The position numbers were made by a program, and so were the translations under genes. From Octopus bimaculoides (taxonomy: Eukaryota), in contig NC_068990.1 of NCBI RefSeq assembly GCF_001194135.2, positions 22,685,478 to 22,737,158 of the forward strand: DNA of 51,681 bases. The letters are read 5' to 3'. Under the pieces are notes generated by a model. That model ran no database searches and was not told the origin of the DNA. It saw nothing but the letters and a program-made list of their open reading frames with translations. This document shows positions 11,675 through 24,187 of the stretch, in pieces; the first letter of the stretch is position 1; the number at the start of each line of letters is the position of its first letter.

Positions 11675-12146
11675 TGCGTTACACTAACAATCGGTGCCCG
11701 ATGCAAAATTTCGACTCGAATAAGATATGGCAAACTACTCCAAACCGTTTTGAGAATATCCGCATAAATATAGTTTACACCAACAAGTTTTTATCGGCAT
11801 CAGTCTTGTAAGTTGCAATAATGAAGCCAAACCGAATATCTTGAAATGAATTTACTGAGGAAGATATATGTAATAGGTGCATTTCCTATCGTATATTACG
11901 TAAACCTGAAGCGTATTAAATTATTTCAAATTTTCCTTCCATTTAATTGTTACAACTTATATGCATGTATATATATATGTGCGTGTGTGTGTGTGTGTGA
12001 GTGTATGTATGAATGTGTGCCCGCGCGTGAGTAGGCACACACACACATATTACACATATATATACACACATATACACAGAGTCACACACACACACACACA
12101 CGCACACACACACACACGCACACACACACGCACACACGCACATATA

Positions 12147-12260
12147 TAGTTGAAATTTAGAGAAAAACAAAAGACGAAGACAGGTGTATTAACAACAAGC
12201 AAGTGTATTAGTTTGACACTCTATAGAAAAGAGTAACAGAAAATAAACAGAGACAGAGAG
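12147..12260 (-). mobile_element. Family H1 repeat, copy 4, hammerhead-like core deleted
   Basis: Reverse complement reads ...ttttct|atagagtgtcaaactaatacacttgcttgttgttaatacacctgtcttcgtcttttg..., matching both H1 flanks with the central motif absent. Confidence 0.6.
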
Positions 12261-12329
12261 AGTGTATAAAAATCTGTAGATTCAGTGGTCCAGAGTTTAT
12301 ATATATATATAAGGCTAATGGAGTATAAG

Positions 12330-12470
12330 TCTAATTCTGAGTCTTTTCTTTCTGGGTTCATCCCCCGATGAGCCAACTTCGCTATTCATCCTCCTGGAAT
12401 GCTTAAAATAGAATACCAACAAAGCACTGGTATCGACATTATCATCTACACACCTTCTTGAAATTTATAA
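12330..12470 (+). mobile_element. Degenerate SINE family A2 fragment
   Basis: ctgggttcatcccc...caacttcgctattcatcctcc...aataccaac...cactggtatcgac follows the A2 layout. Confidence 0.4.
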
Positions 12471-13190
12471 CCTTCTCCTTATAAAAGAAGTCAACGCCAA
12501 ACGAGGCAGAAAATGGAAAATTTCACCGTCCTTGCAGGATGATTTGTATCTGCTACAGGTATATATATATGTGTGTGTGCGGTTTTAAACACAGTACGTC
12601 CATAAGCAACATTATCATGGGCGAATACCAGGGTAAATTTGCTATTTCGCGATGTATTTACAGAAGTATGATACACAGATGGCTATAGAAATCAACATGA
12701 TTATTATAATGGCGGTATGTTAATTGCGGCCAACGCTCTTAAACCTCTTTATTAAAACATTGTCTCTTTTTTTTACATGATTTTCTTCAAAATTTCTATA
12801 TGTATTTTTTAATTGTATTGTATTTCTATTTGCAATTATTCTCACCATTGTTGAGACTATTTCTTTGTTGCAGTTGTTGTTGTTGTTTGTTATTGTTATT
12901 ATATTATAAATCTCAATGGCTGCTGATGTGTGTATGGGTCAGGAGAAGGCGGAAGGGACACAACTGAGAGTTGCTTCAAGATGTTTGTTGATTTCATATA
13001 AATTCTTTCTCTCTCTCTCTCTTTACCAAACTGTCAATGTCGAAGTTCCTTTCCGGTTTTCTTCTACTCGCTTCCGTCTGCTTCCATTGCTTCGCTTTCT
13101 CCTCTCCGTTGTTTACAATATTTTCTTTCTTTACTTCTTCTATCCATTGTTCGATCGTTTTTTTTTTCTTCATTATTTTTCTCCTTCGTA

Positions 13191-13280
13191 AGGCGGCGAG
13201 CTGGCAGAAACGTTAGCACGCCGGGTGAAATGCTTAGTGATTTTACGTTCTTGGTTCAAATTCCGCCGAGGTCGACTTTG
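13191..13280 (+). mobile_element. SINE family A2 head (tRNA-like)
   Basis: aggcggcgagctggcagaaacgttagc (A-box) ... ggttcaaattccgccgaggtcgactttg (B-box). Confidence 0.8.
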
Positions 13281-13286
13281 TTATTC

Positions 13287-13470
13287 CAGATTGAAGGAAA
13301 CAGCTAAAACAACCTTTTGAAATTAAAACTGCTTGTCACAGGTGACTAGTTGACAGAATATACTCGGGACGTGAAGACAATTTGGAAGCTCGCGATGCTA
13401 CAAAGTGTTATGTTAAACAAAGCAAAAATGCTACAGAAACGTACGGATTGCTCCTGATTGCTTATGCAAG
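13287..13470 (+). mobile_element. Mariner element 5' fragment (transposase N-terminus)
   Basis: From 13397 translates ATKCYVKQSKNATETYGLLLIAY, matching the mariner HTH start (AIKFC.K.GK.ATET). Confidence 0.65.
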
Positions 13471-13473
13471 AGG

Positions 13474-13578
13474 CATCCTTTCGATAAATTAAGTACCAGT
13501 TGCGTACTGGAGTCGATCAAATCGACTGTCCCCTTCCGCCAAAACTTCAGGCCTTCTGCCTAGAGAATAAAACAATAT
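13474..13578 (+). mobile_element. SINE family A2 3' half (Nin/Deu-like domain)
   Basis: catcctttcgataaattaagtaccagttgcgtactggagtcgatcaaatcgac; the domain name is from recall of SINE domains. Confidence 0.75.
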
Positions 13579-13599
13579 ATGTTCTAAATTATTGTCATC

Positions 13600-14059
13600 T
13601 TAGGGGACCTCATGATAATTCCCTTTTTCGAAAGCAAAAGCATCATCTACAGGCACTGGGTTCTCTCCGGCAGTCAACAAAGAGTATTTTGTGGAAGTTT
13701 TGAGGGAGTTCAGGGAGAGATTTTTTTTGCAACAGACTCGAGCATCTGCTCCAGGATAATGCAACAGTTTAAAATTCCATTCTGGTAACCAAATACTGAA
13801 CAGAGATGAGCACCAAAGCTATCACTCACTCTCCCTACTTTCTTCATCTTACTCCCTAGAAAACGAAGATTGTGAAAAGGTTCCTCGACATCTTGAATTT
13901 GGGGGCTTTCCACGGGGCCTTCACAAAATGGCTGGAGTGCTATAACAGGTGCGTGGAAGGCAGAGAATCCTACTTGGGAGAAGATATGAGTTTTTGTATT
14001 CTTTGAAATTAATAAATGTCTCTCCTGAAAAACTCACAAGCATTCTGAAATGCACCACG
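13600..14059 (+). mobile_element. Mariner transposase C-terminal relic with 3' TIR-like end
   Basis: Frameshifted MIIPFFESKSIIYRHWVLSG..VNKEYFVEVLREFRERFF...LLQDNA...HSPY...FHGAFTKWLECYNRCVEGRESY. Confidence 0.8.
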
Positions 14060-14100
14060 GCCACTACAACATATTCTACCACCAAAATTATATACAAAGC

Positions 14101-14277
14101 GCAGACGTGGCTGTGTGGTAAGTAGCTTACTTACCAACCACATCGATCCGGGTTCCGTCCCACTGCGTGGCGCCTTGGGCAGGTGTTTTCTACTGTAGCC
14201 TCGGGCCGACCAAAGCCTTATGAGTGGATTTGGTAGACGGAAACTGAAAGAAGCCTGTCGTATATATATATATGTGT

Positions 14278-14324
<47 letters not shown>

Positions 14325-14513
14325 TTTGTCTCCCTATTATCGCTTGACATGCGATGCTAGTGTGTTTACATCCCCGTAACTTAGCGGTTCGGCAAAAAGA
14401 GACCGATAGAATGAGTACTAGGCTTACAAAGAGTAAGTCCTGGGTCGATTTGCTCGACCAAAAAAATGGTGGTGCTCCAGCATGGCCGCAGTAAAATGAC
14501 TGAAACAAGTAAG
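14101..14513 (+). mobile_element. Full-length tRNA-derived SINE (family A1) with internal (TG)n
   Basis: gtggctgtgtggtaag...ccgggttccgtcccactgcgtggcgccttgggcag... and LINE-like tail ggtgctccagcatggccgcagt..tgactgaaacaagtaa; four more copies in the window. Confidence 0.9.
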
Positions 14514-14519
14514 GGAATA

Positions 14520-15248
14520 TACATATACCACTACAAGAACCAATAAATATACTACCATTACAACTCTGACCACCACAGCGCGCTATCATTCTGTAGACAT
14601 ACCCCTGTCAACACTACATATACTACAATCACCACCGCTACCGTCGTCACCACTACATAAGCTAGTTCCACCAACGTCACCACTACTAGGACATATTCTT
14701 CCACCACAACCACCACTACTACCACCACTGCTACAATTACGTATAACCCCACCATCATATACAAAGACTTACAAACATCTTCACCGCTACCACCACAGCA
14801 ACAACTAGCATCACCGTGAACACTACCATGACCACCACCCCTAAAACATATACTATCGCCAACACCATCATTAATATATGTATCGCCACCACTACCATTA
14901 TCAACACCACTACCACCACCATCACCACCAATACCACCAACACCATAACGACTATTACCACCATACCGTNNNNNNNNNNTACCATTACAACTCTGACCAC
15001 CACAGCGCGCTATCATTCTGTAGACATACCCCTGTCAACACTACATATACTACAATCACCACCGCTACCGTCGTCACCACTACATAAGCTAGTTCCACCA
15101 ACGTCACCACTACTAGGACATATTCTTCCACCACAACCACCACTACTACCACCACTGCTACAATTACGTATAACCCCACCATCATATACAAAGACTTACA
15201 AACATCTTCACCGCTACCACCACAGCAACAACTAGCATCACCGTGAAC
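14520..15248. repeat. ACC/ACT-rich low-complexity tract duplicated across an 11-N gap
   Basis: 14555-14821 is essentially identical to 14991-15248. Confidence 0.8.
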
Positions 15249-16027
15249 NNNNNNNNNNNNNNNNNNNNNNNNNNNNNNNNNNNNNNNNNNNNNNNNNNNN
15301 NNNNNNNNNNNNNNNNNNNNNNNNNNNNNNNNNNNNNNNNNNNNNNNNNNNNNNNNNNNNNNNNNNNNNNNNNNNNNNNNNNNNNNNNNNNNNNNNNNNN
15401 NNNNNNNNNNNNNNNNNNNNNNNNNNNNNNNNNNNNNNNNNNNNNNNNNNNNNNNNNNNNNNNNNNNNNNNNNNNNNNNNNNNNNNNNNNNNNNNNNNNN
15501 NNNNNNNNNNNNNNNNNNNNNNNNNNNNNNNNNNNNNNNNNNNNNNNNNNNNNNNNNNNNNNNNNNNNNNNNNNNNNNNNNNNNNNNNNNNNNNNNNNNN
15601 NNNNNNNNNNNNNNNNNNNNNNNNNNNNNNNNNNNNNNNNNNNNNNNNNNNNNNNNNNNNNNNNNNNNNNNNNNNNNNNNNNNNNNNNNNNNNNNNNNNN
15701 NNNNNNNNNNNNNNNNNNNNNNNNNNNNNNNNNNNNNNNNNNNNNNNNNNNNNNNNNNNNNNNNNNNNNNNNNNNNNNNNNNNNNNNNNNNNNNNNNNNN
15801 NNNNNNNNNNNNNNNNNNNNNNNNNNNNNNNNNNNNNNNNNNNNNNNNNNNNNNNNNNNNNNNNNNNNNNNNNNNNNNNNNNNNNNNNNNNNNNNNNNNN
15901 NNNNTGTTACAGAGTATGTTCACAAATATGTATGTGTGCTTAACTATATAGCTCTGTTAGTGTGTTTTTCATTCATGTGAATATGTTAGTCTGTTTCTGT
16001 GTACGTTTGGAGGTTTTCGTAAATACA

Positions 16028-16087
<60 letters not shown>

Positions 16088-16399
16088 AGTGTGTGTGGGC
16101 GTGTGTGTATGTATGCGAAATACTTTGTTCATATATGTATGTGAATATCTGCGCGCTGGTTAGTGTGTTTTTGCTACGCAAGTGCGCGCATGTGGGTTTG
16201 CGTCATTGTATGTATTTGTGTATGTGCTTGCATGCGCTTATAAGTGCGAATGTGTGTTGCTGTATGTGTTTGTTAATGCGTTTCCCCCCACCCCTACGTA
16301 TGTGTGTTGTGCGGACATGAATGCGCATCTGCATCTGTATGTTATCATTTATTCGTAATTTTTCAATCTATCTCTATTCTAAACCATCCCAACACGTTT

Positions 16400-17756
16400 T
16401 TATTATACGTACATACACACACGTGCATGCACACACTCACACACACACATATATGCATGTATATATACTGACATACATGCATTCATACACGCAAACGTAC
16501 AGACACACGCGCACGCGGTCACACACATGTATATATACTTATATACATGCATTCATACAAGCATGCATACATACACACGCGCGCAGACACGTGTATATAT
16601 ATATTTATATGCAATCACACACGTATACATACATACATACACACACACGCGCGCACGTGTATATATATACATACTTACATACATGCATACACTCATGCAT
16701 ATATATATATGTTTGTATGTACGTATGCATATTTGTATGTATGTATGACTGCATGTCTGTAAGGATGTATGTATGCATGTATGCATGTCTGTCTATTTGT
16801 ATGTATGTATGCATGTCTGTCTGTGTGTATGCATGTATATATGCATGTATGTATGCATGTATGCATGTCTGTATGTATGTACGTATGCATGTATGTATTT
16901 GCGTATGTATGTATGCATCTATGTATATATATATATATGTATGTATNNNNNNNNNNNNNNNNNNNNNNNNNNNNNNNNNNNNNNNNNNNNNNNNNNNNNN
17001 NNNNNNNNNNNNNNNNNNNNNNNNNNNNNNNNNNNNNNNNNNNNNNNNNNNNNNNNNNNNNNNNNNNNNNNNNNNNNNNNNNNNNNNNNNNNNNNNNNNN
17101 NNNNNNNNNNNNNNNNNNNNNNNNNNNNNNNNNNNNNNNNNNNNNNNNNNNNNNNNNNNNNNNNNNNNNNNNNNNNNNNNNNNNNNNNNNNNNNNNNNNN
17201 NNNNNNNNNNNNNNNNNNNNNNNNNNNNNNNNNNNNNNNNNNNNNNNNNNNNNNNNNNNNNNNNNNNNNNNNNNNNNNNNNNNNNNNNNNNNNNNNNNNN
17301 NNNNNNNNNNNNNNNNNNNNNNNNNNNNNNNNNNNNNNNNNNNNNNNNNNNNNNNNNNNNNNNNNNNNNNNNNNNNNNNNNNNNNNNNNNNNNNNNNNNN
17401 NNNNNNNNNNNNNNNNNNNNNNNNNNNNNNNNNNNNNNNNNNNNNNNNNNNNNNNNNNNNNNNNNNNNNNNNNNNNNNNNNNNNNNNNNNNNNATCCTTG
17501 TATGTATGTATGTCTATCTGCCTGTCTGTCTGACTGTATGTATGTATGTATGCATGTATGTATGTATGTATGTATGTATGTATGCATGCATGCATACATG
17601 CATGTATGTATGTATGTATGTATGTATGTATGTATGTATGCATGTATGTATGTATGTGTGTATGTATGTATGTATGTATGTATGTATGTCTATCTGCCTG
17701 TCTGTCTGACTGTATGTATGTATGTATGTATGTATGTATGTATGTATGTATGTATT
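16400..17756. repeat. (TACA)/(TATG)n compound microsatellite spanning a gap
   Basis: Directly visible. Confidence 0.9.
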
Positions 17757-17799
17757 AGATGGTAGAGTGAGGAGGGAAACGAGAGCAGACATATCCTTT

Positions 17800-17975
17800 T
17801 CTCAGTCTTTGTATTCCGTTCCTTCGACCTTCTAATTTCGAAATCTGCCAAGGTCAGCTTTGCCTTTTATCCTTCCAGAGTCTGAATACCAATCAAATAC
17901 TCGGGTAGCGTCAATAGACTACCCCTCCCCACAAACTTTCTGGTTTCGTTCCTATATCAGAAATTAAAACCAGCG
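17800..17975 (+). mobile_element. Degenerate SINE family A2 copy
   Basis: tttcgaaatctgccaaggtcagctttgccttttatccttcc...aataccaatc...tagactacccctcccc. Confidence 0.55.
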
Positions 17976-18289
17976 GATTGACAGCATCATTAGAACGTCG
18001 TACTCATTCTATTATCGTATCATAACCATTACCTCGACCATCACCATCGCTATCACCACCAACACAACCACCAACATTATCACCAATACCATTACCTCTA
18101 CCACTATCATCACCACCACCACCACCATAATGACTACTATCACCATATCATCACCACCATCATCATTACTACCAAACACTACAACCACCACCAGCACCAG
18201 AACCTCCACCTACAATACAACCATCACCAACACCACAACCACCAGCAGCACCCCAACCACCACCAACACCACAACCACCACCAAAACTA

Positions 18290-18555
18290 TTTTGCAATCT
18301 TCCACACTACACAAATCTGACGTTCTTACTTCCAATAATATTGCCTCTGTGGCATTTTTTGTATACCATGCTATGTTGATTTCTTCTGCTATAATGCTGT
18401 GTTCGCATCCAATCAGTCCTCTTCCCAGTCTTTTCCTTGGTACATACAGTCTGTGTGTGTCACTTTCAGGGTGGAGTATCTCATATATAGTCAGCAACTT
18501 CCTGGTCTTTCTGTCTAAGCCATTTAGTTCGTCTACTGTCCATACGATTACCCTA
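18290..18555 (-). mobile_element. R4/Dong-clade non-LTR retrotransposon RT fragment
   Basis: GVIVWTVDELNGLDRKTRKLLTIYEILHPESDTHRLYVPRKRLGRGLIGCEHSIIAEE matches the RLE-clade RT C-terminal motif (LDRKTRKLLT...HP..D..RLY.PR..GGRGL). Confidence 0.85.
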
Positions 18556-18558
18556 CTG

Positions 18559-18559
<1 letters not shown>

Positions 18560-18636
<77 letters not shown>

Positions 18637-18866
18637 GTTCAGTAGTTTTATTTTTATAACGTACTTTCACTTCACTACCGAGCGCAGCTCTGTGCACCTT
18701 GGGTATGTGCTGTGGTTTTCTCTGGTGCTCTTATGTTTACTGTATTGAAAGTGTTTTGCGTAGAATGTGTGCAGTACCCAGTAGTGCAATTTTCTGTATG
18801 TTATATATATTTGTAAGTCCTGATGTTTTTGTTATGTATTTGTCTGAATATTTTTTTATTATACCT
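18560..18866 (-). mobile_element. R4/Dong-clade element 3' end (ORF C-terminus, 3' UTR, (AAT)n tail)
   Basis: GIIKKYSDKYITKTSGLTNIYNIQKIALLGTAHILRKTLSIQ* (stop 18737-18739), ~100-nt UTR, then (AAT)n at 18560-18633. Confidence 0.85.
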
Positions 18867-19994
18867 NNNNNNNNNNNNNNNNNNNNNNNNNNNNNNNNNN
18901 NNNNNNNNNNNNNNNNNNNNNNNNNNNNNNNNNNNNNNNNNNNNNNNNNNNNNNNNNNNNNNNNNNNNNNNNNNNNNNNNNNNNNNNNNNNNNNNNNNNN
19001 NNNNNNNNNNNNNNNNNNNNNNNNNNNNNNNNNNNNNNNNNNNNNNNNNNNNNNNNNNNNNNNNNNNNNNNNNNNNNNNNNNNNNNNNNNNNNNNNNNNN
19101 NNNNNNNNNNNNNNNNNNNNNNNNNNNNNNNNNNNNNNNNNNNNNNNNNNNNNNNNNNNNNNNNNNNNNNNNNNNNNNNNNNNNNNNNNNNNNNNNNNNN
19201 NNNNNNNNNNNNNNNNNNNNNNNNNNNNNNNNNNNNNNNNNNNNNNNNNNNNNNNNNNNNNNNNNNNNNNNNNNNNNNNNNNNNNNNNNNNNNNNNNNNN
19301 NNNNNNNNNNNNNNNNNNNNNNNNNNNNNNNNNNNNNNNNNNNNNNNNNNNNNNNNNNNNNNNNNNNNNNNNNNNNNNNNNNNNNNNNNNNNNNNNNNNN
19401 NNNNNNNNNNNNNNNNNNNNNNNNNNNNNNNNNNNNNNNNNNNNNNNNNNNNNNNNNNNNNNNNNNNNNNNNNNNNNNNNNNNNNNNNNNNNNNNNNNNN
19501 NAATTTAACATCTTTGGAAAAGTAATTGCCTAGATCGATCTGAAGTGACGTAAAATGTGTCATGATGCATCTAAACAATTTTATTTGAAGAGACAGAACA
19601 ATAAAAGAATTATATCCTGCAATCAACAGACACCTTTGTCCAATCCCACGCAAAAGTCAAATCAAAAATCTCCATTGTCCCCATTGTGTCTTCATAGCAA
19701 AATCCATACTTTTGGGTTCAAATTACATTCACGCACCCATCGCAAATACATGCAGCTATTTTTTTTTTTTAATCGTTTCTTTAAAACACTCATACATGGA
19801 AATTGACGGGTGTGACCGTCATTATTAAATCCACGGATTGAGTAGTTCTTGACATGTTTGAGCGTGTATGTATATTGATGTAGGTATATATATCCAGAGA
19901 TGCATAGATATATATACACACACACACACACATATGTGTATGTGTATGTGTATGTATGTATATATAAATATATATATATATATATAGCCTCACG

Positions 19995-20045
19995 GTGGTG
20001 CACCAGCATGACCGCAGCCACTTGGCTGAAACACATAAATAAATA
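19995..20045 (+). mobile_element. Isolated LINE/SINE 3' tail
   Basis: ggtggtgcaccagcatgaccgcagccacttggctgaaacacataaataaataa. Confidence 0.65.
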
Positions 20046-20054
20046 AATATATAT

Positions 20055-20101
<47 letters not shown>

Positions 20102-20525
20102 TAGATATATATATTTAGATATATATAGAGATATATATATATAGAGAGGGAGAGAGAGAGAGTGAGAGAGAGAGAGAGAGAGAGTCAGGGAGAGACAGAG
20201 ACAGAAGGTGATGTAGAGAAATTTAGATGTATATACAAATATGTATATATATAATGTGTATATATATATATATATATGTGTGTGTGTATACACATGTATG
20301 TATAGTGAATATATACATTAGTATATATACATATATATATATATATACGTATATTTATATGAATAAATATGTGTATATATCTCCGTATATTTACATGTCT
20401 AAATATGTGTATACATTTAGGTGTATTTATATGTATAAATATGTGTATATATGCTATATATATTATATATATAAGTATGCATACATACATACATACATAC
20501 ATACATACATACATACATACATACA

Positions 20526-20556
<31 letters not shown>

Positions 20557-21322
20557 GTGTGTGTGTAAATATATACACAAAGATTTTAGGAGTGCTTCTG
20601 GCTATTAACGCACTTATATTATTTTTAATGTATTGCGTACTGGATTAACTAATAAAATTGCCAAGTTTTATTAAAATCTTCTTCTATAATAATACTCTTG
20701 TCTTTTTCTCCGTCACAACATATGAATGAGAAAAGAAGAGGTGATAAATGAATAAGGAAGGAAGGCGTGATGCCAAACTGGTGAGATGGTGTACATTCAA
20801 CGCTGAAAAGAAAAATCAAAAGTCTACGAATTTGATTTACCATCCATGTTTATATATAAGATGCTACAATTAGCTGTCATTTTTGACGGCACGGGTCCAG
20901 CTAGTCTGAAATAATACATATTAGAACTATACTCAAATATATACACAAAAACTAGGTGATTTGGCTTTGTTTTTGTCACTAGGTTAACCACTGAGGGTTT
21001 TAACGTTTTTGTACCGGTTGTGATTTTGGCGAAACACTCTTCGTAAACTTTGAACTTTGAGAGTTAGAACTGAAGTTTCCAGAGTTCAAATCATAGCAAG
21101 CAATTATAAAGTATATTTTGCACTTGATGATTCCAAATAAACAGTGCCAAATATTTATGTATGCATGTGTATACTCAAATATCCAAAATTTCAAGGAGTT
21201 CCTGCCTTAAAAACAGGAACAACACCAAAGTTATTTTGTGTTCTTTGCTACATTGGTTTCTATTAACCCATTTATTCTATCCGAAGAATTATTATTCATT
21301 AAGATAGAAGAAATACATATAA

Positions 21323-21357
<35 letters not shown>

Positions 21358-21427
21358 TCGTATGTTTGTATGTATGTATATGTATATATATATATATATA
21401 TATGTATGCGTGTATATGTATAAACGT

Positions 21428-21620
21428 GGAGGCGCAATGGCCCAGTGGTTAGGGCAGCGGACTCGTGGTCATAGGATCGCGGTTTCGATTCCCAGACCGG
21501 GCGTTGTGAGTGTTTATTGAGCGAAAACACCTAAAATTCCACTAGACTCCGGCAGGGAATGGTGGCCAACCCTACTGTACTCTTTCACCACAACTTTCTC
21601 TCACTCTTATTTCCTGTTTC
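21428..21620 (+). mobile_element. tRNA-derived SINE (family B)
   Basis: A-box tggcccagtggtt and B-box ggtttcgattcc; body repeated at 40390-40560. 21671-21820 is a near-identical duplicate across a 12-N gap. Confidence 0.85.
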
Positions 21621-21798
21621 TTTCGTGCTTGTGTGTGTGTGTGTGTGTGTGTGTGTGTNNNNNNNNNNNNCGTTGTGAGTGTTTATTGAGCGAAAACACC
21701 TAAAATTCCACTAGACTCCGGCAGGGAATGGTGGCCAACCCTACTGTACTCTTTCACCACAACTTTCTCTCACTCTTATTTGCTGTTTCTTTCGTGCT

Positions 21799-21830
<32 letters not shown>

Positions 21831-22099
21831 TATATACATATGTGTGTGTATTAGTTATATAAATATTGGTTCTCTTCCACTTCCGAGTTACGCACTCAAT
21901 TCTTTATTACATTTGATACTTCATAATATTCATGGGTAAATAATAAAAATACATTGTTACATAGAGACACACGAACATACTCATATTTAGGCACATGTTC
22001 TGAGAGACAGACAGACAGATAGTGTATCTGTGTATCCATTCATCCGTCTCTCTCTGTCTCTCTCTCTCTGTATATATGAGGGGGGGGGGTAGAATTTCA

Positions 22100-22429
22100 A
22101 TTCAAAGGGAAGCCGATCAATAGGGATCGTGTGTCATAGAAATGTCATAGTGTAAAATGGGAAACGTTACTTTTATCCGTGGAAAGAAAAGCCTACGGAA
22201 AAGGCCACGGTAACCTCGGGCAATAATGTCATACAAAAAATATATTACAGTAAGTGACTCTCTTTTTTCCTTTGTTTTTCTGGTTCATAGGATTATCCTC
22301 AAGGTGGCTCCGTCGTTCACACGTGCCATCCTTGCTACATTCACCCATCTTTTTTTCAAACATTCACTAGACAAGACTTCCCTTTCTACTCTCACCTTCC
22401 TCTTCAAATGATACTTGAAGAAGTTGATG
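22100..22429 (-). mobile_element. Tx1/L1-clade LINE 3' end
   Basis: INFFKYHLKRKVRVEREVLSSECLKKRWVNVARMARVNDGATLRIIL* fits the Tx1 ORF2 C-terminus (F...L..R.R.E......F..RW), followed by a 3' UTR; upstream part lost in the gap. Confidence 0.7.
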
Positions 22430-23343
22430 NNNNNNNNNNNNNNNNNNNNNNNNNNNNNNNNNNNNNNNNNNNNNNNNNNNNNNNNNNNNNNNNNNNNNNN
22501 NNNNNNNNNNNNNNNNNNNNNNNNNNNNNNNNNNNNNNNNNNNNNNNNNNNNNNNNNNNNNNNNNNNNNNNNNNNNNNNNNNNNNNNNNNNNNNNNNNNN
22601 NNNNNNNNNNNNNNNNNNNNNNNNNNNNNNNNNNNNNNNNNNNNNNNNNNNNNNNNNNNNNNNNNNNNNNNNNNNNNNNNNNNNNNNNNNNNNNNNNNNN
22701 NNNNNNNNNNNNNNNNNNNNNNNNNNNNNNNNNNNNNNNNNNNNNNNNNNNNNNNNNNNNNNNNNNNNNNNNNNNNNNNNNNNNNNNNNNNNNNNNNNNN
22801 NNNNNNNNNNNNNNNNNNNNNNNNNNNNNNNNNNNNNNNNNNNNNNNNNNNNNNNNNNNNNNNNNNNNNNNNNNNNNNNNNNNNNNNNNNNNNNNNNNNN
22901 NNNNNNNNNNNNNNNNNNNNNNNNNNNNNNNNNNNNNNNNNNNNNNNNNNNNNNNNNNNNNNNNNNNNNNNNNNNNNNNNNNNNNNNNNNNNNNNNNNNN
23001 NNNNNNNNNNNNNNNNNNNNNNNNNNNNNNNNNNNNNNNNNNNNNNNNNNNNNNNNNNNNNNNNNNNNNNNNNNNNNNNNNNNNNNNNNNNNNNNNNNNN
23101 NNNNNNNNNNNNNNNNNNNNNNNNNNNNNNNNNNNNNNNNNNNNNNNNNNNNNNNNNNNNNNNNNNNNNNNNNNNNNNNNNNNNNNNNNNNNNNNNNNNN
23201 NNNNNNNNNNNNNNNNNNNNNNNNNNNNNNNNNNNNNNNNNNNNNNNNNNNNNNNNNNNNNNNNNNNNNNNNNNNNNNNNNNNNNNNNNNNNNNNNNNNN
23301 NNNNNNNNNNNNNNNNNNNNNNNNNNNNNNNNNNNNNNNNNNN

Positions 23344-24187
23344 TGTGCGTATGTATGTGTGTGTGTGTGTGCATGTGTGTGTGAACGAGGGGTTATGTAG
23401 GGAGGCATATGTGCGTTTTTTTGCGCGGGTATGCAAGTGCGTGTGGGTATGCATGTGTATGTGTATGTGCGTGTAGTTGTGTGTGCGTGTAAAAGTGCGT
23501 GTGTATATATGTGCGTGTGTGTGTATGCGGGTGTGTATCCGTGTATACGTAGGGTTGTGAGTGTTAGGTATGTGTGCGTTCTTCTGCGTGTATGTGCGTG
23601 CGTGTGTACGTGCGTGCGTGTGCATGCGCATTTGGGTGCGTGTGTGTATGTGCGTCTATATGTGTATGCGCATGTGGGTGTGCTTGCATGTATATGTATG
23701 TGTGTGTATGTGAGTTTGTGTATGCGTGTGTGCGTGGGGATGCGTGGCGTTGCGTGGGCATTGTGTGTGGGGTTTGCGTAGGGGTATATGTTCGTTCTTG
23801 TGTGTATGTGCGTGCGTGTATATGTTTGTGCGTGAGAGTGTGTGCGTGTGTTTATGCCCATGTGTGTGTAAATTCTGTGCGCGTCTGTAAGATTGCGTTG
23901 TGTGTATTGGAGGTATGTGTGCGTACATGTGCGAGTGTATGTATGTATGTGTATCTACGTGTGTATACGTGTGTGCGCGTGTGTATATGCGTACGTGTAT
24001 ATATGTGTGTGTGTACGTGTGTGTATGTGCGTGTGTGCATGTGTGTATGTGCGTGCGTGTGTATAGGTGTGTGTGTGAACGTGGAGATGTGTGTCAAGAT
24101 ATGTGTGCGTCTGTTGCATGTGTATGCGTGTGCTTGTGTATGTACGTGTATGTGGTTGTGTTACATGTGTACGTTTATGTGTGTGTG
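23344..24187. repeat. Degenerate (GT)/(GC)-rich low-complexity tract
   Basis: Directly visible. Confidence 0.9.

Noticed and set aside
12538-12558. 21-nt plus-strand microexon DDLYLLQ (cag|...cag|gtatat)
   Set aside because: The donor is the start of a (TA)n run, and no partner exons support it.
14520-15248. Thr/Pro-rich mucin-like ORFs and an apparent tandem duplication
   Set aside because: Low-complexity ACC/ACT DNA with stops in all long frames. The identical copy across an 11-N gap is best explained as an unmerged contig overlap.
20680-20806. Minus-strand exon after a strong ttttcag acceptor
   Set aside because: Two frames are open, the donor is weak (gtatta), and no homology is recognised; cannot be supported without RNA data.
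21501-21827. Tandem duplication of a SINE body
   Set aside because: Near-identical copies either side of a 12-N gap ending in (TG)n: a typical scaffolding artefact.
22291-22429. Plus-strand exon DYPQGGSVVHTCHPCYIHPSFF... with a good acceptor
   Set aside because: It is the antisense frame of a Tx1-like LINE ORF2 C-terminus, and the implied upstream intron would be only 41 nt.
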